A stretch of 64,000 bases of DNA from Octopus sinensis (taxonomy: Eukaryota): NCBI RefSeq assembly GCF_006345805.1, contig NC_043001.1:25668001-25732000 (forward strand). The letters are read 5' to 3'. The notes beneath the pieces were generated by a model. It did not search any database, was not told where the DNA came from, and saw only the letters and a program-made list of their open reading frames with translations. Position 1 is the stretch's first letter. Every line of letters begins with the position of its first letter. The position numbers and the translations under genes are program-made. Below are positions 12,901 through 24,207 of this stretch, piece after piece.

Positions 12901-15900
12901 GAGAGGGTGTATTCCATGTAAACCCTGCAAAGTTGACAGCATTATATACAGTTGCGGCCAAAATGTTCAGAACGGCATTGTTTTTGTCAGAAAAGTAGGT
13001 ATAAGTTTTTATCAAAGTTGTTTTATATTCTATAATTTTCACAGACAATAAATACGATATTAATTATTATTGTCTGAGATTTTGGTGTAATTTGAGAGGA
13101 TAATACAAAAGTTATGGATGATTTAGTGATTTACTGCAAAACCCATGGCAGCCAAAATGATCAGAATGGTTGAAAAAATAATAAAATAATCAAAAATGAC
13201 AGAGAATACTGGAATTATTTAATATTTAGTGTGAAGCCCTTTAGCTTCAATCACACTTTGACAACTTCGACTGCATGAGGAAATTAAATTTTCAATTTCT
13301 TGCTGGGTGATCTTATTCCATTCTTCCCGAAGGGCATTCCATAATTGCTCGGTTGTTTTAGGATTTCTGGCTTTCGAATGTTCTCCTAGAATATTCCACA
13401 CATTTTCAATAGGATTGAGATCTGGGCTTTGAGCAGGCCAATCCATAACAATAATCTTTTCAGCCTTGAGAAAGTTCATGACCACCTTAGCCTTGTGACA
13501 TGGGGCATTGCCCTGCATGAATATGGGTGGTTGCTTAGTTGAATTTCTCAGCACAGGCAAGACATGATCTTTTACAAGTTGTTTATAAACTCCTGCATTT
13601 ACCTTTCCATGTAATCACACCAAAGGGCCCACACCATCTCCAGATATCATCCCCCAAACCATGACACTTCCTCCACTGAATTAAACCCTAGTCTTAAGGC
13701 ATTTAGGCGACAATTTTTCACCTACTTTTCGACGAACATAGTTTTTCCCCATCTGAGCCAAATAACAAACTTAGATTCATCACTGAAATGCACCGTTTGC
13801 CATTTTTCTTGAGACCACAACACACGTTCGGTTGCAAGGGTAAGACGACACTTTTTATTCTTGGAGCTGATCAGTGGCTTCACTGCAGGTGCTCTTGCTT
13901 GTAGGTCATGTTCAACTAAACGACGAGACACAGTTTTTCGAAATAAAGTTTTCTTCAGTACAATGCTCATTTCCCGAGAAACAGCAGCAGCAGTTTTAAA
14001 TCTGTCCTTTTTAACCAACTTTACCATAGCACGATCTTCTCTCTTGGTCGTTTTTCTTGGCCTGCCTGTAGACTTTCTTGCTTCACACGAACCACAATCA
14101 TCATAGACCTTAAGAATACCGTGAACAACACTTTTTGACTTGTTAACAACCTTTGTAATAGACCCAATACTTAAATTATCCTTCTTTCGAAGCTTAATAA
14201 TCTGCTGATAACAAAGTACACTGCAGATATTCTTACTAATGTTTAGTAAACGAACTGTCAGGTAAACAAATTCAAAACATTGGAGTTCACCAGTTAAAAC
14301 ACGGAGTAAAAGCAACCGTTCTGATCATTTTGGCCGCCATGGGTTTTGCAGTAAATCACTAAATCATCCATAACTTTTGTATTATCCTCTCAAATTACAC
14401 CAAAATCTCAGACAATGACAATATCGTATTTATTGTATGTGAAAATTATAGAAACTAAAACAACTTTGATAAAAACTTATACCTACTTTTCTGATAAAAA
14501 CAATGCCGTTCTGAACATTTTGTAGTTGTAAGTGAAATTAAGGATATAAAGGCAGATCATGGAAATTGCAGAATGAATTAATTAGAAAGAAAATTAACCT
14601 AGATGAGATGCATTCAATTTTGTGCTACAATTTGTACCATCTCTCTAGTGAAATAACTGTAAAAGAACTTAGATAGGAGTGAACCCTTTTGCTTGGCATT
14701 TGGCAACCTGGAGAAAGCTTCTGACAAGGTTCTAAGTTCTGTGATCTGGTGGTCAATAAGAGAAAGACAAATGGTTTGTAAGGGCCATACAATCCATATA
14801 CAAAGGCATCTATTATAGTCTTCCAGGTTGTAAACAGAGGACTTTAAAACTGGCTGTCTTTGAGACATACTACTGTATATTGATGATCTACTTCTTATAT
14901 TTGAATCTATAGAAGAAATTTCAGACCTGGAAACAAAATCTAGAATTGAGATTTCTCAAAATAAACATGGTAAAGACTAAAACTTTATTACGTAGGAATT
15001 CCATTCAGTATACCTGATGTAAACATGAGGTGCTGTAAGACCATAGACAGACTGATAGAGAAGGTAGCCTTCATTTGTAGCAGATGTGTAAGGTTAGTTA
15101 GTAATAATACCCATGAAATACATATTTTTCAAATGCTGAGAAGTCTCAAAGATGTAGTTGAGGTGGTGTATTGAAAGCATAAGTGACTAGAGTAAGAAGG
15201 GAAGTATAGAAAGTTCAGGAAGTTATTATTGCAAAACAAAGAGCAGAATGTATGGTGATTGTGTAGTGAAACACAGACCTTAAATGCAGAGCATCTATGG
15301 TATCTGGAAAGAAATCAAACGAACCTGCTTTATTAGATAAGTGTGCAAGAAAGAAGATTGTACTGGTGTGGGTATGTAATGTATACGAAAAAGGTCAGAC
15401 TTAGTGATGAAGTGGTGAAGACTGACCTCAAGAAGTTAAACTTAAAGAAGAAGATGACAAAGAACAGTGATAGATGGGAACACATAGTGCTCAGAAGACC
15501 TGGCCACTATGCAGGCATGGCAAAATAGTTAAAATAATGGTGATGGTAATAGTGGCTGGAATATATATCATTGGATCTTTTGCCTATTATATTCCTACCA
15601 AACCTCCATTTGCTACCATATTCATTAGCCTCTCATCTATCCTATTCACTTCACTATGCTGCCTATATAACCAGAGATGTTATCTGATTTGTTTGCATTC
15701 AATCCACTCACCACCATACAGCTACCACGCCACTTCTCTTCCATCATGATGCTTGTGTTAACATGCATGGAATCTTCACCCTCAACTATTAACCACCATT
15801 CTCCACACATGTAACTCTTCATTAACTTTTACCAATCTCACCCTCATCCATCTCTAATGTTGCCCCTTAGTCACTCTCTCTTACCCAGTTTTATTACTTA

Positions 15901-18900
15901 TCCATAACACTAATCATGCTGTTCTCTATTCAATCTCTTTATCAATAACAACAAATAGTCATCAATGTCTCTCTTCCATCACTCCTTCCCCAACCATTCT
16001 ATCACTGTTTCACTCCATCACAATCATACTATCTTTCTCTCCTCTTTCACCCTCTTGACGAACGCTTCTAATCACACTCTTGGTTATGTCTGTCTTGAAA
16101 GAACAGAGACTACATAGACAGAACTCTTTAGTTTTGCAAGGGATAAGGCAACTTTTCTAATGGTGGTACTACAATAAAATGCACTTTATAAACACTATAA
16201 AGTGATCGAATAACAAAGACAACACAGAGTAGAGAGGATTTTAGTCGTACCACTTTGATGCTGGTCCCATGATAAAATGCACCCAGTACACTTAAAATAG
16301 TTGGTGTTGGGTAAGGCACCCTGCCAGAGAAACCATGCAAAAAAAAAAAAAAAATGAAATGTACAAGCAAGATAATATCTTGCAACCCGTTTAGGAATGT
16401 AGTGATTCCGAGACAATGATGATATGTCCAAACCATGACAGCATGGAAAGGGCGGCATAAAATAAATTATGATAAGCATATTAATATTTATTAACTTTGA
16501 AATAAGAAAATAAAAATAGAATATATGAACTTACAGCATCCATTTCTTCTGGTTCTGAAAAAGACTCTTCATTAGATTCTTCAGCTTCAGCTGACTTTTT
16601 TGGATTCTATTTCAAATTATAAAATTCAGTAATTGAAACAAATATTCAAACTCAAGTACATCATCGGGAAAATATAAGCAAACAAAATAAGTATATTTTG
16701 TATAAAATTATTGTACCCCAACTGAATGCTTCACAAAAGCCTGTGATACTTCTGAACTGCAGTAGCCGTCTAAACCTATTTCGCATCCCAGCATTACTTT
16801 ATCCAGCGATTCTATGTTTTCTTTTATACTAGATCTGAATTCATTACCGCCAAGAGGTTCTGGTCTCACTATTAGAGAACTCGTGTTTAAGGGACCGATT
16901 AGTATTGAATTTATTTATCAAATACTCTCTAGTGTTGGTCGATTTTCTACCACGAAAGCATTTAACACGTTCTGCTCTTGAATCTTGCTTCCAAATGATT
17001 GGCGAAGAACGTCATAAAATCATGTTTTCCATGGCAATACTTCTTTTAAAAACATATTTAATGAAAGTTCATTTCTTAACAGACTACGCTGGAAGCATTT
17101 CAATCTTATGTTCACCGCCCTTCCTCCACATATCTCCCCAAAATATAAAAAAATGCAGAAAAATTATTTTAATAAAACATCACTAATACTACTATCTACA
17201 CACTGATCAAGATCGGTTGGACCTTATGATAGTCATGAAACTCATCCGCATTAGAAAATAAAATTCACTAAATACGAAGTGACCATAGGCAATATCAAAT
17301 AAAAAAAACAAAAAAAACATTTCTTTGTCGTTAATTATGAATTATTAATGAACGAGACAGATATAATAGTTCATAAGCAGAGAATAACTGCTTAAAAATT
17401 CAGTTAGATGCCTGAATTTCGTGAACTATTTTAAGGATCAACCAAACATTTTACAATGACAAACGATATATTTATTTATTTTAACACAATGGTTAACAGA
17501 TTCTTTGTGCTAGAAATGATATCACAGTTCGAGAAAAGGGTTTATGAAAAGAAAATATGCAACATTGATTGCTCAAAATTTTCAGTTAACTTCACGTTTT
17601 GAAAATCTTATCTTCGTTACGTTTCTTGTTATTTTAATTGCAAATGTCATGGTTGATAGACATCGTATTCCGATTCCTTGCTCACTTATCTGAAGTGGTT
17701 CGAGACAAGAAAACCAGAAGTAAACACAACTCATAAGCTACCCAAACAGACGTATCTTCGTATTTGGGGCCCGCATTTTAATATTACATCAAAAGTTAAC
17801 AAATAGAAATAAATAGATAAAAATTGATATATAAACAGGCTATTCTACAAGATGTATAACACAATTGCGTAAACTTTTTGATACAATGGTGTGTTGTACA
17901 ATAAATAGTTTGTGCCGACAGAACGAACTCTCGTGAGAATAATTCTGACCATGACAAGAAATCATTTCTCATTCATGACAAAGCAATTAAGATAACCGAG
18001 CAACGTGCAATGACAGACAACATAGAATTTAACAGTATATAACTGAAAAAGTGCATCATGTTTACCTCATACCCCTTTTCATGGCGCAGCTTAGCCTTCA
18101 CCGTAGACTCACAATACCGGTTAGTGGGTGTTGTTGTAAGACCAGGTTGACACCAGCTTGCACACAAACCAGGAAATCCATTGCAGCATCCAGAATCATG
18201 TGATAGTCGATAACCACTTGATGTTTGCACAGTAACCATTTACCGAAACACGGCCAAATCAAAACGATATCGCAGCCAATGGCTTATTTTCAGTAGCTCT
18301 CGAGCCAATGGCATTACTGACCGACACACGAGGAACCACGACAGGCAAATTCACCGCATGGGTGAAAAGACGCACGTACCAAAGCGACACCATAATTGCG
18401 AAAATTTACCGAATCGAGATCTTGTTTGTTTAATCAGTAAAATGTAATGATTTAATCATTATTACAAATTAGATCCTCTAAATTCCGAACAGGACCTAAA
18501 TAATGATATAATAAAAGTCTTCCGCAAATCGCAACGATAAAAGGTTTTTAAATGTTATTGTTTCTAAAAGGTAACTAGAGAAAATAAAATATCAGAATTT
18601 CACAACCATATGTACTCAGGAATGCATTTTATGTAGTAATATAATAAATACACAAAGAAGTCCTAACTTCTTAAATCTATCGCCGTATTACGTTCTGCTA
18701 ATTTCAGTTGACCTATATTAAGAATGTGTATGTAGTCGTCTTTGTCAGTTCAAACTCGTGGATCAAGTGCCACCGTTTATTTTTCACAGCTTCTACAAAC
18801 AATGGCCTCTTTTATTTACAAACTAAACCAAGTTGTTTAAAATTAAGGTTGCATATGTATATAATAATATACATAAAAATGATATAGACAAATGCATATA

Positions 18901-19297
18901 TCTTGCTTTTTCCCCATTTCTAGGAAATAAGCAATCAGATGAAGATGGGAGAAAAATTTAGGTTAAAACAAGTACTTGATATTTTCCATTTTAAGCAAAA
19001 TCCGTGTATTTTGTCCTAAGATGCATATATATAAATACATATAAATATTTATCTATATATATATTTATATATATTGCTAATTTCCTAAATAATGTAGTTA
19101 TACGAGATCTTAATAGTTATTTGTAATTCGGGGAGATTTGTGGGAGATTTAGAAATATTTTACACTCCCATTTCCTTCAAGATTAATGTTGTAAATATAA
19201 ACCCGTTTACAAATAAATTTTATGTAATTCAAAATATTTTAGCCTCTAAATAAAACAGGAAACTATCGTAACATACCTTATTCTTTCTAGCAGCCAT
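985..19297 (-). CDS. NCL: Nucleolin-like protein, copy A (14 exons, about 550 aa: acidic domain, 3 RRMs, YGG-rich tail)
   Basis: Exons read by hand, all GT-AG and phase-compatible: 19277-19297, 16535-16606, 11087-11141, 9057-9257, 8895-8939, 8554-8595, 4696-4813, 4447-4592, 3576-3708, 3213-3352, 2957-3092, 2687-2823, 1169-1534, 985-1025 (1653 nt). Starts MAARKNK; RNP1 motifs RGFAYVEF and KGIAFVEF; RNP2 LFVKNL and LLVRNL; ends GKKRTYSDSDR-stop. The domain order acidic/NLS/RRMs/Gly-rich/basic tail is that of nucleolin. Confidence 0.9.
1819..1891. repeat. 30-bp imperfect inverted repeat with 13-nt loop in copy A intron 12
   Basis: GTGTTACTGGTGATTCCCACAGTACAGAAT (1819-1848) pairs with 1862-1891, with three non-Watson-Crick positions. 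Confidence 0.85.
2009..2229. repeat. Palindromic element with about 92-bp arms; probable Penelope-like terminal relic
   Basis: 2009-2100 is nearly the exact reverse complement of about 2138-2229. The centre has a hammerhead-like topology (see findings). The family assignment is inference. Confidence 0.7.
2403..2631. mobile_element. piggyBac-type MITE (TTAA TSD, CCCTTTAG...CTAAAGGG ends)
   Basis: TTAA at 2403-2406 and 2628-2631. Related copies at about 31470-31677, 33097-33322, 34280-34494, 38690-38912 and 49929-50154. Confidence 0.75.
5010..7620 (+). mobile_element. Degenerate RTE-clade LINE (RT, Cys/His finger, 3' tail) in copy A intron 6
   Basis: Frameshifted ORF pieces IPKDWCSRIIANCYKNKGDA, FVDIEKAFNR, GVHQGLVLSTLLF, ADDLVLIADS, WAKFRKLLLLL, RLCWYGHV, ending in the (ATG)n tail. 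Confidence 0.85.
8032..8235 (-). mobile_element. RTE-type 3' tail fragment
   Basis: Contains TTTTCCATGCTGGCATGGGTTGGA, the reverse complement of the RTE tail. Confidence 0.7.
9420..10035 (+). mobile_element. 5'-truncated CR1-clade LINE
   Basis: ORF 9455-9739 (RPILEYG...HHLERVQKLATRMV...YEERLK...YSLEKRRRCGDLILAHNII) is a typical CR1 ORF2 C-terminus. The 3' UTR has a ~56-bp tandem duplication and an AATAAAAATTGAATTGAA end. Confidence 0.85.
10495..11075. repeat. Tandemly triplicated TTAA-CCCTT MITE end (second MITE family)
   Basis: A ~140-bp unit starting TAACCCTTTCGTTACCAACC recurs at about 10496, 10648 and 10798; only the last reaches AAAGGGTTAA at about 11011-11020. Related copy at about 42684-42898. 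Confidence 0.75.
11344..11770 (-). mobile_element. RTE-type 3' tail with repeated stem-loop units
   Basis: (CAT)n, then CGTTTAACGTCCGCTTTCCATGCTAGCATGGG, then repeated GTGCCACCG units. Confidence 0.8.
12949..14522 (-). mobile_element. Tc1-family DNA transposon with long IR/DR-type TIRs (about 220 bp)
   Basis: Left end TA|CAGTTGCGGCCAAAATGTTCAGAACGG. 12949-13172 is the inverted match of 14313-14522. Inner direct repeat CCAAAATGATCAGAA at about 13152. The outermost ~10 bp of the right TIR are missing. Confidence 0.9.
13219..14315 (-). pseudogene. Tc1 DD34E transposase pseudogene
   Basis: Motifs RKSTGRPRKTT, VHFSDESKF, GSVMVWG, QGNAPCH (second catalytic D replaced by G), WPAQSPDLNPIENVW and AKGLHTKY-stop. 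A frameshift and two in-frame stops lie between 13560 and 13722. Confidence 0.9.
17935..18470 (-). other. Highly conserved non-coding block, copy A intron 1
   Basis: The reverse complement aligns to 24920-25425 with about 21 substitutions over about 500 nt plus a few indels. Function unknown. Confidence 0.9.
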
Positions 19298-19480
19298 TTC
19301 ACTTTGTTTTCTGGGATAATATACCGAATAAAAAGTTCAGCTGCTATGAATGTTCTCTGTAACTGTAGCTCGAAGCTGTACGTACACTTTTCTTAGCAGT
19401 GGCAAGGTATAGCCACCACCATGTAGTTTCGTATCTATTGAATAAATGTCTCCAGCATTTGATTCTATAATTAATTTTAA
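19298..19480 (-). promoter_or_regulatory. 5' UTR / proximal promoter of copy A
   Basis: Alignable with 24040-24207: both share CCAGAAAACAAAGTGAAATG and ATACGAAACTA...GTGGCTA. The TSS cannot be determined from sequence. Confidence 0.5.
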
Positions 19481-20004
19481 TTTTATTACCATTTATTGCT
19501 GGATAATAAAAGCTGAGGTTATTTCATTGAACCCTTTACTCAGTGTAAATATATTTATTGAAAATCTACTGGAGTGATATCAAATTACGAGAGGTAAAAT
19601 GGGCGCTAACTGGGTAAAATGTCGTAAATCAAGAAATAGTAATTAAATAAGTAAAATTATTTTCTTCATTGTCCTTAGCGACGAGTAAAGAAAATAATTA
19701 CAATAAAACAAATGACTAATGAAAATAAAAGGACCGGGAGACAACCCTGGAAATTTGATAAATTAAAATTAATTGAATATTGAATGCAATGAAGAGTGAG
19801 CTAGTACTATGACAACTCTGAACATGTTTTAATATTATTAGACCTCATCAGTGAAGCAGGAATTAACCATAACATCATCTTACAAAGACTGGGGAGAGTA
19901 TAGGATTTCAAAGAATTAACACTAAGGGATTGAGATAATTTGAAACAATGACTTGAAAAATACATAAATACACTTGCTACAGTAAAAGACAGGGGACGGA
20001 GGCA

Positions 20005-20210
20005 GATAATAGCTTGGCAGAAACGTTAGCATGCTTAGCGGTATTTTGTCTGTCTTTACGTTCTGAGTTCAAATTCCGTCGAGGTCGACTTTGCCTTTCA
20101 TTCTTCAGGGGTCAATAAATTTAGCAGCTGTTGCCTACTGGAGTCGATCTAATCAACTGCCCCCCTTCCCCAACATTTCAGGCCTTGTGCCTAGAGTAGA
20201 CAAGATTATT
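20005..20210 (+). mobile_element. tRNA-derived SINE (GGCAGAAACGTTAGC family)
   Basis: GAGTTCAAATTCC B-box-like motif followed by GAGGTCGACTTTGCCTTTCATC. Further copies at about 25455-25860, 29800-29990, 47770-47935 (-), 57490-57690 (-) and 59860-60110 (-). Confidence 0.75.
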
Positions 20211-21134
20211 TTTACTGAATTTCTGTAGAATAAAGTGAGTGACATAGTTGAGTAGATCACCAGTAGATCTAACTCTAAGAGGCTGTACAAGTGATAATTG
20301 ATGAGGGAGAAAGACTCAAAGTATTAAATTAAAGAATTGTTAATAACTATGTTTATAACTATAGTGATGTTGTTTTTTTAGCCTTAGGTATATCCTGGAC
20401 CAGGACACCTGTTACCAAATGCAATCCAGCTGTTACCTTTCTGCTTTTATAGTAATTAGGACTATGGTCTCCATTATGTTTCCTTTTAAAGACAATGGGG
20501 ACTTACTTGAAAAAGATTCAGCTGTTATGTCTAGCAGATGAAGCAATCACATAAAGGCTCCTTTGTTATGTCCTCTTTTAAGGTGTTGGAGGCAAGAGCA
20601 ATAGACCAGAAAGGTTAACCTCTTCTTAGCCCACACACTCCTCTTGTACCAAAATTATTATCACAAAAGCTGAACCCAAATTCTGAATGTTGCAACAATA
20701 AGCATCACCACTCATTCATATTCCTAACACTTAGTTTTATGTGTGACCTATTTGCTCTAACTACAAATAACTCTCATTCTTCTCTTGACCTTCAGTACAG
20801 ACATCATCAACATGCAAGCATGGTATCTCACCACAAACCACCATTGCCTCCATGAAAAGAGACCTCAAAAATATTTTCCAAAAGGGAGATATTAATCTTG
20901 TTTCATTCAACTGCATAAAGGAAGAATCACTGCTTATAGAAAGGAAACTGTACTGTACCTCTGATTTTCTAGTCTTGGACAATATGCAATTGAAACCAAC
21001 CCTCAAAGTTTTTACAAATATGAGATATCACTATCTCTGATGATTTTCTTGGCAATGCTACACACATATCATGACTGAAGCCTCATCACAAAGACCAGCC
21101 TTCCTCTTTAATACTAGAAAATACTTCAGATCTC

Positions 21135-21540
21135 ATCATCATTAAACGTCCGCTTTCCATGCTAGCATGGGTTGGACGAATGACTGAGGGCTGGTGAACC
21201 AGATGGCTGCACCAGGCTTCAATCTTGATCTGGCAGAGTTTCTACAGCTGGATGCCCTTCCTAACGCCAACCACTCCAAGAGTGTAGTGGGTGCTTTTTA
21301 TGTGCCACCGGCACGGGAGCCAATCAGGCAGAACTGGCATCAACCATGTTCAGATGGTGCTTTTTACAGGCCACCGGTATGGGGAGCCAGTCAGGCGGAA
21401 CTATGGGGCCAGTCAGGCAGTACTGGCAACGACCTCACTTGAATCTTTTACACATGTCACCGGCACAGGTGCCAGTAAGGTGATGCTGGTAACGATAATG
21501 CTTGATTAGTGTCTTTTACGTGCCACCGGCACGGAGGCCG
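21135..21540 (-). mobile_element. RTE-type 3' tail
   Basis: Same tail motif and stem-loop units; another copy at about 22190-22510. Confidence 0.75.
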
Positions 21541-24039
21541 TTAATGGTTTCTTATAAGTCTCAAATAAGACCCATAGTGTAGTACTGCCCCTATATCTAG
21601 GACAGTACTGGTACCAATTGTAACCTTCAAACAATCTTCACCATAGACTTAATGCAAAATTAGAAAAGTTTTTTGTAAAAGTAATTTCACATAAATATCT
21701 TACCCTTCTAAAAATTCATTATTTAACTTGCAACATATTGTTTATGCACTAAGCATACATTTACTCTAATACATGTAAGTCAACAGCTGACATCGTATAA
21801 TGTAGTTATTATTAGATCACTCATAAGCTGCACTGCAGTCACAAACATGTTACACTGTTGACTCTAGAGTTTTAAAAGTGTAGTTTTTTTTGGAGAGAGA
21901 GACCTCTCTCTCTCTTTCACACACACACACACACACACACATAATATGTATGTAATTAATAAGAAGTTTGGGTAAGGCTGTGAGTAGCAGTTATAGATGC
22001 ACTAAAATGAACTGACACAAAATGATTTAGTTTATTTTTATAGATTTTATTCAACCAATACAGTTTTCCACATCTACAATGTATTGTAAGTAAATATGAA
22101 TGTTAGTCAGTTGCAATAGAATATCCCAAAGCTTGTAGCAGTGGGCTACTTTTGTGTGGAAGGAAGAAAGTAAATAAGGCAAGACTCATCGTTTATCTTT
22201 TAACGCCTGTTTTCCATGTTAGCATGGGTTGGACGGTTCAACTGGGATCTGGGAAGCCAGGAGGCTGCACCAGGCTCTAGTCTGTTCTGGCAGTGTTTCT
22301 ACTGCTGGATGCCCTCCCTAACGCCAACCACTCCGTGAGTGTAGTGGGTGCTATTTATGTGCCACCGGCAGAGGTGCCAAGGGAGGCTGGCAATGGCCAT
22401 CATCGGTTGGTGGTTCTTACATGCCACCGACACGGAAGTCAGTCAAGGTGGCGCTGGCATCGGCCATGTACGGATGGTGCTTTTTACGTGCCTGTGGTGG
22501 CTGGCAATGGCCATGTACAAGAAAACTTAATGTGAATCTGAAATCTAGATCTTGGAGAAGATTGCTAAGTAACTAAAGCAGACTGTCTGAAAATGAAGTA
22601 ACTCAAGTTTGTAGCTAACCTAAGATTGCACAATGGATTGGGTTGAGCTATGTGAATTGGACTCAGTTTCACCTGAAATCATTGCAAATTTGAGAGGTGA
22701 CACAAATAAATTCTGAGTGTAGATTCTGATAAATAATAGAAGCACAAAGATGGTGTGTGTGTGTGTGGGGGGGGGGGGTCCAATTCCCTGTTATGAATTA
22801 CATACATATATTTGTGTGTACATACATATATATATGTAGGCACATACATATGTACACACACACATATCCTTCTAATAATGAGTCAGAAAAGTTTCCAGAA
22901 GGAGGTTTTTTTGGTAAGTATATAATAGAATTAATGTCTTAGGGGAACCACAAACTAACTAAAGAACTTAATGCTGTGAATGCATGGTATCAAATATTTA
23001 TTTCAAGAATTCTGAAGAATTGCAATTTTGTTTTGTTCTTGGCCTAGTAATTGTTAATGCATTTGAGAAACAATATGAAATTTGCTACATATATCATAAT
23101 TGGCAATATTGAAAAAAAAAAAAGGAATATAAGAAGAGAAATGAAAGGAAAGAAGTCGGGATGATATAGGTGAAGGTGAAATGGGTGGAATAAGGTGCCC
23201 AAGTAAAACTGCTAAATTCTAGTTTAGAGTACAAACATGTAGACAAGATACTAGTTCTAATTTGTGGGGAATATAAACAAGTGCATCTAATTGATTAGTA
23301 GTAGAGAAGTAGTAGAAATTTATTAAAAAGTGTCTCTGATTTGATGGTTTGGTTTGAAAAACATAAAGCCAAGAATGAACCTAATTGTATGACTGAGTAA
23401 AAAGTTTTGGGTTTTGGGGACAGATTATGATAATTGGCTGCTGTTGTTAAATAGTCTGATTTTACATTTATCTGAAGTAAAAGAAAAATTAATGATAGAA
23501 CATTATATATAAATCAATCTAACTTAGATTGAAGGAGAAAAGAAATTAAATCAAAATGAATGTCTGTAGAACAGTAAATTCATGAGAAAGAATATGAGGC
23601 CTGATAAGACCGAAAAATTACTGTTGCTTTCTCTAGTTGCTTTAAAGAGCAGCTCAATTCTAATCTATTCTGGATCCATTCTAATCTACGCAGTCTATCT
23701 TATCCAAAAATTTCGATCAACTGATCTTACTGGAGTTATTTCCCTTGTTACACCAGCATGCAGAATACGCTCCGAGATATTTTCCCATCAGCCATTTTAT
23801 CTATATTACGTTTTTCTTGAGTTTAAGGTTCCTTTCTCTGTTGTGTATAGACGTTCGAGATTTCATACGCATTATTAGTGTTGACTTTTATTTGCTCTTC
23901 CTCCAACTTTTGAAATCTCAAATACAGTGCTTCATTGTTTTAAAAAAAAAAATCTTAATGTAATATTTTGGAATCGTATTAGGTGAAATTTGAATTAATA
24001 ATTGTTTCGTTACTAACAATCATTATCTCTATAATAAAA

Positions 24040-24207
24040 ACAAAATCAAATTCTGGAGATATTTAATCAGTAAATACGAAACTATATCGTAGTGGCTACG
24101 CCATAAAGTGAATTAGACTGTGCGCACGTATTCATTCTTCTTTTACAGAGAAAATTCAGAGCAAGTGAAAATTTTGTTCGATATAATATTCCAGAAAACA
24201 AAGTGAA
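24040..24207 (+). promoter_or_regulatory. 5' UTR / proximal promoter of copy B
   Basis: Homologous to the copy A upstream region. The pyrimidine run TTCATTCTTCTTTTACAG (24131-24148) could be a TCT/TOP-like start or a splice acceptor. Confidence 0.5.

Larger units (their letters stand above)
12250..15530 (+). mobile_element. Highly decayed RTE LINE interrupted by the Tc1 element
   Basis: RT-like remnants on both sides of the Tc1: GNLEKASDK near 14702 and QERRLYWCGYV at 15343. Confidence 0.55.
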
